Positions 39,111 through 54,754 of a stretch of 64,000 bases of DNA are shown piece after piece; the stretch's first letter is position 1, and each line of letters opens with the position of its first letter. The notes beneath the pieces are model-generated. The model was given only the letters and a program-made list of their open reading frames with translations, ran no database searches and was not told the origin of the DNA. Both the position numbers and the translations under genes were made by a program. Source of the stretch: Eledone cirrhosa (Eukaryota); assembly GCA_964016885.1 (NCBI GenBank), contig OZ024742.1, positions 222,146,001 to 222,210,000 of the forward strand. The letters are read 5' to 3'.

Positions 39111-41646
39111 ATTTCTTTTCTTTTACAACCTTGCCACCAGGAAGGTGGCCGGTCAAAATGTACTCGAAATTAAGAGAAAGAGAAACACACACACACACAT
39201 ACATACATACATTCATTTAGTAATAAGGATGCCGTTGTGATACTTTCAAACCTTGTGGAACCCGTCTCCAGATCTGGACACAACCGATTACTTCTTGAGA
39301 TAGGAGAGCAAGTGAGGGAGAAAGAAAGAGAGGGAGAGAGAGGGGGGGACCAACACTGAACTGGTACTTATTTATCGACCTCGATAGGATGAAAGGAAAA
39401 TTTGGCTCCGGTGAGATTTGAAATCCGAGCACAGAAAACTGAAATGAATCCTGCAAAGCATTATATTCAACGTTCTAATGACTCTGTAAAACTGTTCATT
39501 ATATTATTAACTCCCTTCATTATATTATTAAATCCCGCCGAGGTTAACTTTGCTTTTCATCCTTCCGGGGTCGTTAGAATAAAGTACCAGTAATGCACTG
39601 GGTAATTGCTGGCCTTGTGCCTAACGTAGAAACAATTATATTATTAACTCCCTTCAATGATTTCGCAAAAGATATCTAAAAATATTTATAGTGTTTTTAC
39701 TATTGAACAGTAAAGACTTGATGCAGTCATAGGGCTGTTTGAACTTTCCAATAATGTTTTACTAATGCAGTCTCATGTAGTACAGGACGTGACGAGTTAA
39801 ATCCACTTACATATTTACATTTGTATATTCTTTATTTTGATGTCTATCTTTAAACACTAATTCGTCAACAGAAATAGTCTTTTTTTTTAATAATTCATAT
39901 ATTTTCAGTTTAGTTTATTCGGAAACAATGAACTTATATGAACTTCTGTTTTAGTAGCAGCGTGACAGCCATGCTTTGCTTTCAGCGATGGATTCTGCCA
40001 TGATTTAAAATATTTAAAATGGGAAAAAAATCGTGCAAAGCAGTTGCAGTTACATGACGTCATTTCTTTCAAACCTGTAAGCTTGTATATATTTACATTC
40101 CATTTACGTTGATAATGTTTTCGTAGCTGGAAATATTCTTCGTGAGAAAGCTAACTCTATTTGATCTGATTGTATCTATTTGTGGAGTGAAAGCTCGTGG
40201 TTTAATGGTTAGGTCGTTCGGGTCACAAACATAATCTTGTGAATTCGAATCCTGGACCAGGCAGCGTATTGTGTCCTTCAACAAGACACTATATTTCACG
40301 TTGCTTCAGTCTGGAAAAAAATTAGTTGTACCTGTAATTCAAAAGGTCCACCTCGTTAAACACTGTGATGCTGAATCTCCCTGAGAGTTGCATTAAGAAT
40401 TCACGTGTCTGTGAAATCCTCAGTCTCTTACTTTGTAATAAAAGATGGACTGTATCTGTAATTCAAAGAACCAGCCTTGTAATACACTGTGTCATACTGA
40501 ATCTCCCTGAAAACTTATAATACAAGACTAACTATACCTACCTGTAAATCATTTAACCAAGCTTATCGTGAACTATATCATGCTGAATCTTCCTGAGAAC
40601 TGTATTATGGGTACACATGACTGTGAAATGCTCAACTACTTACATTATACGTGGTGGGCTGTATCTTTAATTCGGTGTATCACACACTGTGGCACACTGA
40701 ATCTCCCTGAGAACCGCGTTATGGGTTTCACATTTCGGTGAAATGCAACCACTCCTACGTTAATTTCACGAGCAAGCTGCTCCATTTATCAAACAACTAA
40801 AACACTCAACGTTGGAACCAACGGGTATCCAACACACCATTTGTGAAATAAAACATGCACCTTCTCTTGAAATATCGAAATTCTGAGAAAGAAATGAAAA
40901 CCCAACAGAAAAGAAATCTCATTAGATAAAGGGTCTTTATCTTTTTCTGTGTCCGTGTGCTGAGACATTAAACCTCAGCAACGTTCATCTCACAAATTTA
41001 TGAAGGTAGTCTGTAATCTCTTCCTACAAACAACAAAGACAAATGGTACCAGACTGTGGAATATGACTTGGTTGAATCCACCGTTAAGCAAAAACTGTAT
41101 AACATGTGTGGAAAAATATTTCATCTCCTTCAACAACAAAGATTTCTATAAAATCAACAGGCTTCATAAATAATTCAAGAGAAATAATATAAAAGTCAGT
41201 TATTCCAGGTTTCGGTTGTATTATATATATAATTCTACAGTTTATTGATGTATCTCTTATGCTATGTTAGCATTGCAGTATGTATGTATGTATGTATGTA
41301 TGTATGTATGTATGTATGTATGTATGTATGTATGTATGTATGTATGTATGTATGTATGTATGTATGTATGCATGTATGTATGTACGTATGTACGTATGTA
41401 TGTATGTGTGTATGTATGTATGCATATATGTATGTATGTACGTACGTATGTATGTATATACGGATGGATGGATGTAAGTATGTGTGTGTGCGTTAATATA
41501 TATAACTATGTGTGTGTATGTGTGTGTATGTAAATATATAACTTCGCTAGTATAATAAAATATACATCACTTTACCTCCGTACTGAGCTTTGTGTTTCCT
41601 GTTTGCACGCATATATATATAGCTGTATTATCAACTCACTTAAAAT

Positions 41647-41703
<57 letters not shown>

Positions 41704-41740
41704 TATATTATATACGTATATATATATATATATATATATA

Positions 41741-41931
41741 GTTTTAATATAGATGAGACTCTACAGGACTAGAACTGTTTCATTCTTTAGAAATCATCAG
41801 GATTCCTGATGATTTCTAAAGAATGAAACAGTTCTAGTCCTGTAGAATCTCATCTATATTAAAACTTTATACTCTGCAATGTATTGAGTACCTTACTTAC
41901 TGTGGTTACCTCCGATTCAACCCGGAATAAC

Positions 41932-41932
<1 letters not shown>
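41741..41932 (+). mobile_element. Family E HHR element in hairpin form; HHR at 41801-41849
   Basis: GATTC-CTGATGA-TTTC..GAAT-GAAA-CAG(TTCTAGTC)CTGT-A-GAATC; bulged hairpin 41871-41891; inside (TA)n; fragment at ~48225-48270. Confidence 0.88.
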
Positions 41933-42016
<84 letters not shown>

Positions 42017-43175
42017 TTTAAGTGAGTTTAAGTCATATAAAGGCAAAGAAAAACGAATTTTTTTTATACCCCCGTGAATTTCGTTTTAACGGAATTTCAT
42101 TGTATATTATTCAAACAGGCCCCTCTACCTAGAGCCTGAACACGTCCCTTGTTACCCCGCATGAAGAACGATGCAGTATGAGTACTAATATTGCATCTAA
42201 CCATATTGCAGTTTTTCGGTGATCTTATTCACGCCTGTCACCAATTAGATACTTTTCCTCAAACCCGCAAAAACTAGGAGTTTTTAGAGGTGGTTTTTAC
42301 TCGCCTTGTCGTAGCTACATCGCAGAGTTGTGAGAGTTTTGCTCCATCTCCTCTAGTAATTTACCGCTGTTGATCCAGGACTGCTTATTTGTCTGGCAGG
42401 AACCCTCATATCCATGACATGTGACCCGTTCTCTAAAAGAACAGCTCTGCTGAGAAATCTTTCCATCTACCTTCGAAAATCTTCAACCTGTGAAACCGAT
42501 TAAGTTACTATAAATAAATCTTCTTAAAGACTCCAAATGCATTTCCAGATTTTCTTTATATATATACTTGCCGATGGGCAGTAATTCTTTACAACACCTA
42601 CACTCGACTTTCCTATGTATTGAGTACTTAGTTGAACAATGATTTTACTAGTCTAAACTGGTAATTCCATATCTATATCTATCTCTCTCTATATATATAT
42701 GTATAAGTGTGTGTATAAACAAAGAAGGAGTGGTAAGATACCAGGTGAACCAAAACGCACCAGAGTACTCGATACTCAGGGTAGTATGAAAAGAGTCAGG
42801 CTCAGCTGTCGGGGTCCTGACTCTTTTCATATATGTGTATATATATAGAGAGAGAGAGAAAGAGAAAGAGAGAGACAGGTAAATAGATGGACTGACAGAC
42901 ATAAGGAAATGTATATGTGGGTGAGAGTTGGGGTAGGGCTCGCAGTAATGTAGAAGATCTAAGCATGATATCCCATCATCCTACTATTCCGCTAAAATAC
43001 TGTTCTACCATTCTACTACCACAGTATCCGAGAATGAAAACATCTTCGTGTAATATGTGTAATAGTTGCACATGTGACTTTTATTAAGTAATCAGTTGGT
43101 AATTATCTGGTTTTATAAGCAACGTTCCATTCCGTTAGAAAAGCTCTTAGCTCAGACATCCTTACATTCGTTATG

Positions 43176-43254
<79 letters not shown>

Positions 43255-43265
43255 TATATATATAT

Positions 43266-43298
<33 letters not shown>

Positions 43299-43317
43299 AA
43301 TATATATATATACACAC

Positions 43318-43350
<33 letters not shown>

Positions 43351-43361
43351 TATATATATAT

Positions 43362-43392
<31 letters not shown>

Positions 43393-43439
43393 AATATATA
43401 TATATACACACATATATATATATACACACACATATATAT

Positions 43440-43495
<56 letters not shown>

Positions 43496-43641
43496 TTATA
43501 CATATACATATATATATATGGGGGCGTGCGTATATATGTATGTATACATATACTGTTTACATACACACACACACACATATATATATATACATATAAATAT
43601 ATATATATATTTTAATGCTTTTCTCTCTGTAACTTGAAAGC

Positions 43642-44095
43642 GTCTTCTTCTTCTTCTTCTTCTTCTTCTTCTTCTTCTTCTTCTTCTTCTTCTTCTTCTT
43701 CTTCCATAATCTACTAATAAATTAGCCATCTTTCAGACGTTGTGGTGGTGGTGGTGGTGGTGGTGGTGGCGGTGTGCTGGTGGTAATGGTGGTGGTGATA
43801 GTGGTGGTAATGGTGGTGGTGATGGTAGTGGTGGTGGTGGTGGTGTTGGTGGTGGTAATGATGATGGCCGTGGTGCGGATAGTGTTGGTGTAAGTCGTGG
43901 TAATAATGATATTTGTGGTGTAGTTGTGGTGGAGGCTGTGGTGGTGGTGGTGTATATGGTGGTAGTAGTGATGGTTATGTTATGTGGTAGTAGGGGTAGA
44001 GTTGATGATAGCAATTGTGGTGGAGACTGTGGTATTGGTGTATGTGGTGGTGGTGGTGGTGGTGGTGGTGGTGGTGGTGGTGGTTGTGATGAAGG
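43642..44095. repeat. (CTT)n followed by degenerate (GGT)n
   Basis: Direct observation. Confidence 0.95.
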
Positions 44096-45258
44096 CTGTG
44101 ACAGTAGTATATCAGGGGCGATGGAAGCATTTCTGAATGGGAGGGGCTTGCGAATTTGGTTAATTTAGTTGAAGTAATTGGTTGAGCCCTTTGCATTCTA
44201 AAATGATGAGAAAACTTCGATATGCGATAAACGAAACATGTACATAGATTGTAGCACATATACAAATAGAAGTGTGTTTTGGTAGTTTGAGGAGAAAATA
44301 TAATTATCGGAGTTCCACCGCCCCTGTAAATGTGGTAGTAGTGTATATAGTGGTTATAGTAGTGGTTGTAGTCATGGTCGTGGCCAATATAGTTTAAACA
44401 GATTTCCTGTAAGCCCGTATTTCACTGCTTGTTTCATTGTTAATTACAATAGAGATCTTATTCTGACAAACAGTGTTGGTTCTCCGGTTGTTTCATCTGT
44501 TAGTGTTCTTAGTGTTCCAGATGTTTGATCAACGGAACTGCCTTCTCATTGAAATTAACGCATGCGTTTAACGTAATAATCTGGGAGATTCAGTGTAACA
44601 CAGATACAACTCATTTTACTCCTGCAGAGTTGGATAGAGCAACGTCAAATGTATTTTGCTGAAGGACACAAGGCAAAGGAAGGCCCGACTCTGGAATCGA
44701 AGGTTTTCTGATATCGTAATGTTATCTTAATGTCAGAATGATTCATTGATATATTCGCAGCGCTTAAAAGCTGACAATTCTGCTTAGTACATTGTTTACA
44801 TGCGGATGTTGTCCAGTTATCTAGTTAAAATGATGGTACAAGTGCTGTCATGGCTCCTTAGCTTAATAGTTAAAGCGTCTAGCCGGTATCTGGGAGATAT
44901 GGGGTTCATAGCGGCCGATGACAAATTCTTTTTCCGTCTTTTAAGGGTCTTTATCTTATTTCATAAGCTATCTTTCATAAGCTATCTTGAACACATCATT
45001 CTTTATACTTATATATATAATATATATGTAAAAATAATAATCACTAAGGTTCAATACATTAAAACATCATTTAATTGGTTTACATATGTTTCATTCAAAT
45101 ACAAACAGAGGTAGCATTTAATTCCTTTGTAGAGAAATCGTCAGAATCACTAAATAATATTAAAAAAACATTTATTTACTGAATACATGTTCTGGTGTGT
45201 CAAGATACCTTATATATGTATATGTGTGTGCGTGTGTTTGCATAAGCGTATATATATA

Positions 45259-45301
<43 letters not shown>

Positions 45302-45411
45302 ATCATACCTTCGATCTAGCACACACGTATGTATGTGTATGTATTATAGTGTGGTGTTTGTGTATGTGATTGTGTGTTGGTCTTTGTGTGGTGCAATAAG
45401 GTATGTGTGTA

Positions 45412-45448
<37 letters not shown>

Positions 45449-45454
45449 CATCAC

Positions 45455-45508
<54 letters not shown>

Positions 45509-46578
45509 TTAACGTCCATTTTCCACGCTAGCATATATATATCAAAGACTTCATTATATTCTGTTGTTCAGCAGCTTTTAGTGCCAAACGCAGAATACTT
45601 TGAAGAGTTTGCCTTTGACATTTATGGTATCTGAAATAGAAGGAATATTATAAGAAAAAAGGTAGGGAACTTTTTTTTTTATAAAATATATTCTTGGATA
45701 TAATGTTATAGTGGATATCTTGCAACCAATTCTATTATATATTTTATAAATAGGAGATCAATAACTAATTCAATATACATTCTAAATAGACGATCTATAT
45801 ATATAGTTAGTGAAGGAACGCGGCTCAGTGGTTAAGGTGTTCGACTCACGATCGAAGTTCATGAGTTCGATTCTCAACCTGGTTGACAGTATAGTTGTAT
45901 ACTTTGTCATCAATATATTGGTTTCTTCTTTTACTGGTCATTCTGAGTTCGATTTATGCCGGTACATTTTGTCTTTGAGTAAGACACTTTATTTCATGTT
46001 ACTCAAGTCTACTCAGGTGGCAAAAATGTGTTATACCTGCAATTGAAAAAAGGGCCAGCGATCAGTGGAACAGCCTGCTCGTGAAACTAACGTGCAAGGG
46101 ACTAAACATTCCACAGATATTTGTTATTCTTAACGTAATTCTCAAGGACATTCAGCATGACCCGCTGTGTTAGAAGGCTGCCACTATGAATTGCAAGTAC
46201 GACTAATTTTTTCCAGCCGAGTGGACTGATACAACGGAAAATAGTGTCATTTTCAAGACTTCTATGTGCTTCCTGATCCAGGAATGGAGCTCATGATTTT
46301 ACGATCGTCTGCTGCAAAACACTATTCACTATGCTGCCACGTGTCTTCACATCATCAGAAGTATGCATTTAGTCTTAATATCATGATTTATGAAAATATA
46401 AATCTGTTCAGATAAATTAGATGCTTCTTCCGGTGTCCTACCACTTTGGCAATATGGCGGTTAATAACACACAATAATGCAGTTATAAAATATTTTAACA
46501 GGTATTTATGAGAACTTATAGCTTCTGTTCTGATGCCATGAAGCATTATTTCCTTATAGCCCAAATCAGACAATCGGC

Positions 46579-47020
<442 letters not shown>

Positions 47021-47448
47021 AAAATGTTCAAGACCCCGACGGCAGAGCTTAAGCCGTTTCGACGGCTATTTCTGGACAATTTCCTATTACCCACTCTACT
47101 ACCCTAAGTATTGAGTACTCTGGTGCGTTATGGTCTACCTGGTTCCTTACCACACTTCCTTCGTTATATATATATTATTATCCGAGGTTGACTTTGCCTT
47201 TCATCCTTACGGGGTCGATAAAATAAAAGTACCAGTAATGCACTGGGTAATTGCTGGCCTTGTGCCTAAAGTAGAAACAATTATTATTATTACTATATCT
47301 GTTAGAACACGAAAAGTGTGAAACAACAGAATGTTCACTTTTCGTGTTCTAACATATATGCCTAGCTTCTTCATAAATTTTTCGGGGATAGCCGTGGTGG
47401 TGGTGATCGTATGTCATTGGCTAATTTTCAACCAATCAGAGTAAGTGT

Positions 47449-47534
<86 letters not shown>

Positions 47535-48882
47535 TATTCCCCCTCTCTCTATATATATCTTACGCTTTCGCTTTACACTCCTCCCCTTCAATAACACATT
47601 TCCCCCTCTCTATATATCTCTTCCACTGTTACTTACGCCTGTTTCTCTCTATCTGTTCCGTCTCTATATATATCTCTCTTACTCTTTCGCTTTGCACTCC
47701 TCCCCTTCAATACCATCTCTCCCCCTCTCTATATATTTGTTACTCTATCGCTGCACGCTCCTCTCCTTCAATATATCAATTACACACGCTTTACACTCCT
47801 TTATCCCCAGCGCCCCTATATATACACCCCCCTCCCGCATCTATATTTTAATGTTCCGTTGCACCGTGAATATATGTGTCTATATATATATATATACATA
47901 TATATTGTATATACACATTCATGTATGTGTATACACACTCATGTATGTATATACACACTCATGTATGTATATACACTGGTTTTATGTGTGTATTGTAAAT
48001 TTGTACTGTTAAAACACGAAACTAACATTCGATTGACACTTTGATTACCTGTACAGGCAATAGTTATTAGAATGCTGTTGAAGTGTGTATATATTTTTGG
48101 GGGACATCCTGTATATACACACATTATATATAATACAATAAACAGATAAATACACACATATATATATGAGCTTATTTAATTATAAATATTGTGAATTTTT
48201 AACTCAGTTCAATTATATATATAAATGGCTTCTACAGGACTAGAACTGTTTCATTCGAAAGAAATCATCATAATATTGAGAGGGGGGACTAGATAAAATA
48301 TTTCAAATCAAATGTGTATAAGTTATAAGTTAAAATGTATAAATCGAGACGATAGTGGAGGTATATCTGTTTAGTGGAACAGTAGACGATAGAATTAAAT
48401 ACAGACGAGAATCTCCCTTTAATGAAACAGCAGACGATAGAATTAAGGCAATTTAAATTTTAAGCATTTGCATTTCATCGTTACGGGGTCGATAAAATAA
48501 AGTACCAGTAATACACTGTCACTATAAGTAGACGACTTTCAAATTGAATTGTTGGTTCCATTTCTTTAGTATTTTCAATTGTAGTTATCTACTTAAAAAG
48601 CGTTACACGGTTAGAGACATAATTGGTAAGTTATATCTTCCCTATTAAACCATTGCATTATTTCGCCTACAATAGAACAAAAATGAAATGTTCTTTAAAG
48701 AAACAGGAATATAACTTTATAAAAAAAAAGTTGCATCCGCTTCTTTTATCATTGATAATTTTTTCGTTTTAATATTAATTGTTTTTTGTAGTTGTTTATA
48801 TTAAAAATCTTACTGTAATATTTACTTAAACGAAGGCAGACATCTAAACTTATAGATTAATCTTGAGCGAAGGACTAGATAA

Positions 48883-48944
<62 letters not shown>

Positions 48945-48948
<4 letters not shown>

Positions 48949-49246
48949 GAAGAATGATAACATTTCAAGCAAAGAGTTTAATTAGGTAATGACTTACAAA
49001 TTTGTTTCAGTATATATTTAATATAATATTAATATATTTTGTAATATTATTAACTAATTATTATAATTAGCGCTTCAGGCTTTGTCTATATACTGAAACA
49101 AATTTGTAAGTCATTACCTAATTAAACTCTTTGCTTGAAATTTTATCACTCTTCGTTTTGAATTTCTCCTAAGTATTCAATACTCTGTTGAGAAATACAT
49201 TTTACATAAACAGTCTTTGTACCATTTATACGGTATTAATTACTTA

Positions 49247-49250
<4 letters not shown>
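48945..49250 (+). mobile_element. Truncated HHR-type element with inversion (3' half of HHR only)
   Basis: Arms ~48945-49015/49088-49158; GAAA-CAAATTTGT-A palindromic stem III; between (TA)n. Confidence 0.6.
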
Positions 49251-49278
<28 letters not shown>

Positions 49279-49445
49279 GCGTATGATTAGAACTGTGTTT
49301 ATTATTAATATTTTAATGGATTTAATGAAAAATTTTAGGTGTTCATATATATATTCTAAAAATGCGCGAAATCGTGAATCCGCGATAGTTGAACCGCCAA
49401 GTAGCGAGGTATCACTGTATATATGTTTAAATATATAGTGTAGCT

Positions 49446-49910
49446 GTGATGTATCTCGCGAGTGAATCGAGACCTGTCACTGATTTTGGTGTCCCCACTG
49501 CCGATGTGAATGAGCAACGCTGCACTTGTGAATTGGGTCTTGATGTTGCAGGCAGTTCATATACTTACAATGATGCGGTCCCACAAGCTTGTTCACATTC
49601 CTGTGCTAATAATCTAGATGGGCGTATTAAATTGGATGTGAAAGCAGCTTACCGGATGCGGAATCGGGAGAAGTTGAGACAAAAACAGGCCGATTATAGA
49701 GCTGTGAATTTTGCTAAATTAACACAAAAACAGGCCAAGTATAGATGTTCAAAACGGTATGAGTTGGCAAACAAGCAGGCCAAGTATAGATCTGCAAATT
49801 CAGCTATTATATCTCAAAAGCAAGCCGAGCGTAGAGCTTCTAAACGTACCGAGTTGGCTAAAGAGCAGACCAAGTACAGATCTGCAAATATCTTATTGCA
49901 CAAACAATAA
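49446..49910 (+). CDS. ORF fragment with 15-aa basic repeats, probably Helitron-derived
   Basis: Five KQAxYR-type repeats at 15 aa spacing. Confidence 0.35.
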   Translation: MMYLASESRPVTDFGVPTADVNEQRCTCELGLDVAGSSYTYNDAVPQACSHSCANNLDGRIKLDVKAAYRMRNREKLRQKQADYRAVNFAKLTQKQAKYRCSKRYELANKQAKYRSANSAIISQKQAERRASKRTELAKEQTKYRSANILLHKQ

Positions 49911-50114
49911 TTCTGCACAAATGTTGCTCCATTATTAGATCTAATGTTGCAACGATACAGTTAAATGTTGTCTGTGTATTTTAAAAAAGATTTGCTTATA
50001 ATCTTTTCAAATTTCATTACGCCAATGATTCAAGCTCAAATTGACATTATCTAAAAAATTGTACAAACAGCGGTGGATTAGCAGTAGTGAACAGATAAAT
50101 CAGTCAATTTATTA

Positions 50115-50775
50115 AGATTGACTTGGCATCAATCAGCAAGACCTTCATTAGCTGCTCTCCAGCCATCTATTTAAAGCTGTATACATCTATGGTACGAATA
50201 CACTTGGAGTTCGCGTCATCAGTCTGGAACCCCTATCTTGCTCAGAACATTGACCTCCTGGAAACTGTTCAGAGACATGCAACCAAGCGCATACCCTCCA
50301 TCAGACACCTACCATACCCTGAATATTTTGCTTCCCTCTGGCAATGGACTTGGTAAACACCCACAAAGTTATTAACCATCCGACCAACAACAACCCCGAA
50401 CACCTTTTTGATCTCCATGTGTCTAACACGTGGACATGCCTACAAAGTCAGAAAACAACACAGCTCCCATGACTTTAGGAAATATTTCTTCATGCTCAGA
50501 GTTGCTGAAGGATGGAACAAACTTCCTGCATCAGTTGTTAGCTGATGACACACTGCATCCTTTAAAACCATCATACATTCCGAAATACACCAAAACTACA
50601 CCTGATGTCCCCCTTCCATATACATGCACATATGTGTATATCATGACTCATGCACTGTTCTTTTTTCATGACGTTTTTATATTACCCTATGTATTATATA
50701 TGCACTTTTGATGAGTTGTAGTGCACCTCAGCATTGTACACAATATTTTCATTATTATTATCATTATTATTATTA
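50115..50775 (+). mobile_element. CR1-clade LINE 3' fragment
   Basis: LYTSMVRIHLEFASSVWNPY..LETVQRHATK; TRGHAYK..FFMLRVAEGWNKLP; (ATT)n tail. Confidence 0.88.
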
Positions 50776-51967
50776 CACTCATTGATCCATTTTGCACTAA
50801 CTCTGCATCAAGCACCCTCACCTAAATATTAACCAATCAAGGATCCAATACAGCTATCTGTTGGATGGGTATTGTATAGTGCCAAAAACGAAACCAATCA
50901 GTTTAGCAGAAAGTTTCCAGACAAGAAACACGCATATTTTGCTATCCTCAAACACGTTTACACATGGCATGAAATATAACTAATCCGAGATGGCTAGGTT
51001 TCATCTTCTAACTGGATATACGAAATCCATTATGTCTTGACAACAACATGAGGTAACATTATGTTATTCACAGACACACTTTGTACACTGTTCCATATCA
51101 GAATGTATTTCCTTCGTCACATTCACAAACAGTATTGAAAATATGTTCTTCGGCAAATAAAAATGTTTTGTTCATAATATTTCAACTAGCGATTGCTCTA
51201 CTCCACGCACGACCACCATAAATTAATGACCAGCTCAACACAAGTATTGGTAGAGCGTCAGACACCATGCTTTGCAGTATTGTTATGGTCCTTTGCATTC
51301 TAAGTTCAAATCCTGCCGAGGTTAACTTCGACTTTCATACTTACTAATTCGATAAAATAAAGTACCAGTAATGGACTGCCGTAATGGATTTGTGCCGAAA
51401 AATAGAAACACTATTAATGTGCAATAAGAGCAAAATATAACGACATTGCTCAATTATTTTATCTAATGTTGTAATAACACAAGGAAATGTTGTTTGTGTA
51501 TTTTTTTTTATATTTGCTCATAAGCTTTTACAATTTCGCTCAGCCAACAACTATTAAAAAGTGAGTTGCTTAAGATAACAATTTAATCACAAATTGTTGC
51601 TATCTTTTAATACACTCCAACAAGTCATCAAATTATGTACAATAAAAACAAATCTTATTAATTTGCTCAGGGAATATAAAGAAAATGTATATACACTGAT
51701 AATTGCAATTGTATGTAAATATTTTGTTTTTGTATTGTTTATTTTATGTTTTCTATTATGTATAATATATTGATTTAATATTGATTGTTTTTTGTAGTTG
51801 TTTATATTAAAAGTCTGAAAATATTTTTATACATCTTACACTAATATTTATAAGATAATTTATAATAACAATTACATAATCTAATTACATTACAACGATA
51901 ATTTATTATTAATATATATCCTGTTTAACTAGAGTTATTACAAGCGTTGCCTTAAAAAAATATTAAA

Positions 51968-52923
51968 CTAGACATGAAAAATGCGCAAGCTCAAAGGTGC
52001 CACAGAATGTTATAATAAACCTTCAAAAGTGTGGGACTAGAGTTGTTGCTAAAAAATATTGTAATCATTATATATCGTACATTCTGTGGCATCCTTTATA
52101 AAAATAGCTTAAACCAACGAAGCCTTTATTTTTACGCTATTTCACTTAGTTAATTCTTAGAGTGTAACATATAAAAATAAATACATCTATGTTTAATGTA
52201 ATAACAGCTATAAATAATTACGTAATATTATTATCATATACTCATAGTAACAAAATAATCGTGTTGAAAATTAATATGATGCTTATATGAACGATCAAAT
52301 CTATAATGATAATTTCTTAAATATACTAATAGTAAAATAATTTAGTTATCTATTGTTACATTTTCATAGAACTATAATATTAACAATCGTATTGCATTAT
52401 CAAATTTTTATCACTACAAACTTTCATATTGGAATTACCTTAAGCCACTTATTATTACTTCGCTTTCGTACTTTTACAGCTGTAGATATTGCGCTGTATC
52501 TTATATCTAATATCAATATCTCGTGGTAATTTGCATGAAGTGTAAAATAGGTTTATTAATAACTTTAATATGAAATGTATTATACAGGGCTGCGGAGTCG
52601 GCCAAAAATTGACTGGCTCCAACTCAGGATCCGATACTCCATTATTTCCTAAATTTCAGCTCCGCAGCTCTGTTATTATATTAATTAATTTATTTTATAG
52701 TTGTAAATCATATTTTTATATGTTACACTCTAAGAATTAACTAAGTGAAATAGCGTAAAAATAAAGGCTTCGTTGGTTTAAGCTATTTTTATAAAGGATG
52801 CCACAGAATGTACGATATATAATGATTACAATATTTTTTAGCAACAACTCTAGTCCCACACTTTTGAAGGTTTATTATAACATTCTGTGGCACCTTTGAG
52901 CTTGCGCATTTTTCATGTCTAGT
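51968..52923. repeat. Element with ~210 bp essentially perfect inverted arms
   Basis: 51968-52179 is the reverse complement of 52711-52923; ACTAG/CTAGT ends. Confidence 0.9.
52585..52672. mobile_element. Small hAT MITE
   Basis: TIR CAGGGCTGCGGAG/CTCCGCAGCTCTG; TSD GTATTATA/TTATTATA. Confidence 0.75.
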
Positions 52924-52971
52924 ATATATATATATATATACGTTATATATATATATATATATATATATATG

Positions 52972-53025
<54 letters not shown>

Positions 53026-53070
53026 GTTATATATATATATATATATATACGTTATATATATATATATACG

Positions 53071-53116
<46 letters not shown>

Positions 53117-53117
53117 G

Positions 53118-53153
<36 letters not shown>

Positions 53154-53154
53154 G

Positions 53155-53200
<46 letters not shown>

Positions 53201-53201
53201 G

Positions 53202-53244
<43 letters not shown>

Positions 53245-53403
53245 AGCAAATTATAAACGTAAACATGTAAGTATGTTTTTGAAACGGTGCGCGAGTTTGA
53301 AATTATAAATTATAAGCTTTCACCGTACTTTAGACTAAAGAAATTTCTAGCCTGATAGTGGGGTTTATAACCCTCGGAGAAATGGAAAAAGATGAGTGTT
53401 GCC

Positions 53404-53464
<61 letters not shown>

Positions 53465-53592
53465 TAACAGATTAAAGTTTAATAAATAAATATTTGCTCT
53501 ACGGTTCTTATATATTTGATATATATTTTCCTTATTGAGCCCTCTTTGGATTTTAGTCTTCAATTTTATTATTATTACTATATATATATACG

Positions 53593-53657
<65 letters not shown>

Positions 53658-54088
53658 AAGAGAGGGACACACAACACCGTTGAAAGGAAACGCTTATTTC
53701 TGATGTGAATGAAACCATTTAAGAATATATGTGTCGCCGTCGTCGTCCCCCCCCCCCCCCCCCCCCCCCACCCGCCCAGCCCTCCCATGGCAGTACGATA
53801 GGATTGATAAATGTTAAGATACATGGAGGCTTGAAAATAATGAAGCGAGTATGCTGTGTTGGGTGTGTAATGTTAGTGTGCATGGATGTTGTGACGTGGA
53901 TGAGGGGGAAACCTAGGTAGAAGAGGAATCAGATATACTGTGTTAGAGGGAAGACTGCACTGGTATGGACATGTGATGTAGAGGGATGTTGGTCATTGGA
54001 AGAAGACGTGTGAGGGGATTCCAGTTGAAGGAAGCTGTAACTGAGGAGGACTGAGGAAAAACCTGGTCGAAGGTACGGCTGATCTCAA

Positions 54089-54121
<33 letters not shown>

Positions 54122-54128
54122 GTGGTGG

Positions 54129-54167
<39 letters not shown>

Positions 54168-54288
54168 CGATGACGACGACGACGACGACGATGATGCCGA
54201 TGATGACGATGACGATGATGATGATGACGATGACGATGATGACGACGACGATGAAGACGACGACGACGAGGACGAGGACGACGATGAT

Positions 54289-54325
<37 letters not shown>

Positions 54326-54345
54326 GTGCTGACGATGACGATGAC
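54089..54345. repeat. (GAT/GAC)n followed by (CAT)n trinucleotide repeat
   Basis: Direct observation. Confidence 0.95.
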
Positions 54346-54754
54346 TATTTCAATATACACCCTCGAATTTAATTAAATTATGACTGGGAATGCTTCCATT
54401 TAACTCTTTTGGCTAATTTAATAACAACTCTTTTACAATCAGCCTAAAACATGTTAATGGTAAATTCCAATACTTAGAAGTTCGTTACAGACTATTTTAA
54501 GAATATTTTGGGTGTGTTCTTATAGTGGTGTACCGTTTTATATTGACATCGCTTATAAAAGTCACCTTCAAGATATGATTAAAATATTGTAGAGTGATTT
54601 CAGTTATTTATTTAATATTCCACTTAAAGAAATATGACGATTTAGTTATTTTGAGGTAGCACTACTGTTGAGAATATTTTGAGGTGTATATACATCTACA
54701 TACATATGAACGCAGAAGTAAATATTTCGAAAAACGTTACACACTATATATTCG

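Noticed and set aside
40330-40740. Repeated CTGAATCTCCCTGAGA blocks
   Set aside because: Internal tandem duplication of a SINE family 2 segment; ordinary
43733-44265. Gly-, Pro- and His-rich ORFs
   Set aside because: Derived from degenerate (GGT)n; no splice or domain evidence
47301-47353. 18 bp perfect hairpin
   Set aside because: Single short occurrence with no recognisable family or ribozyme core
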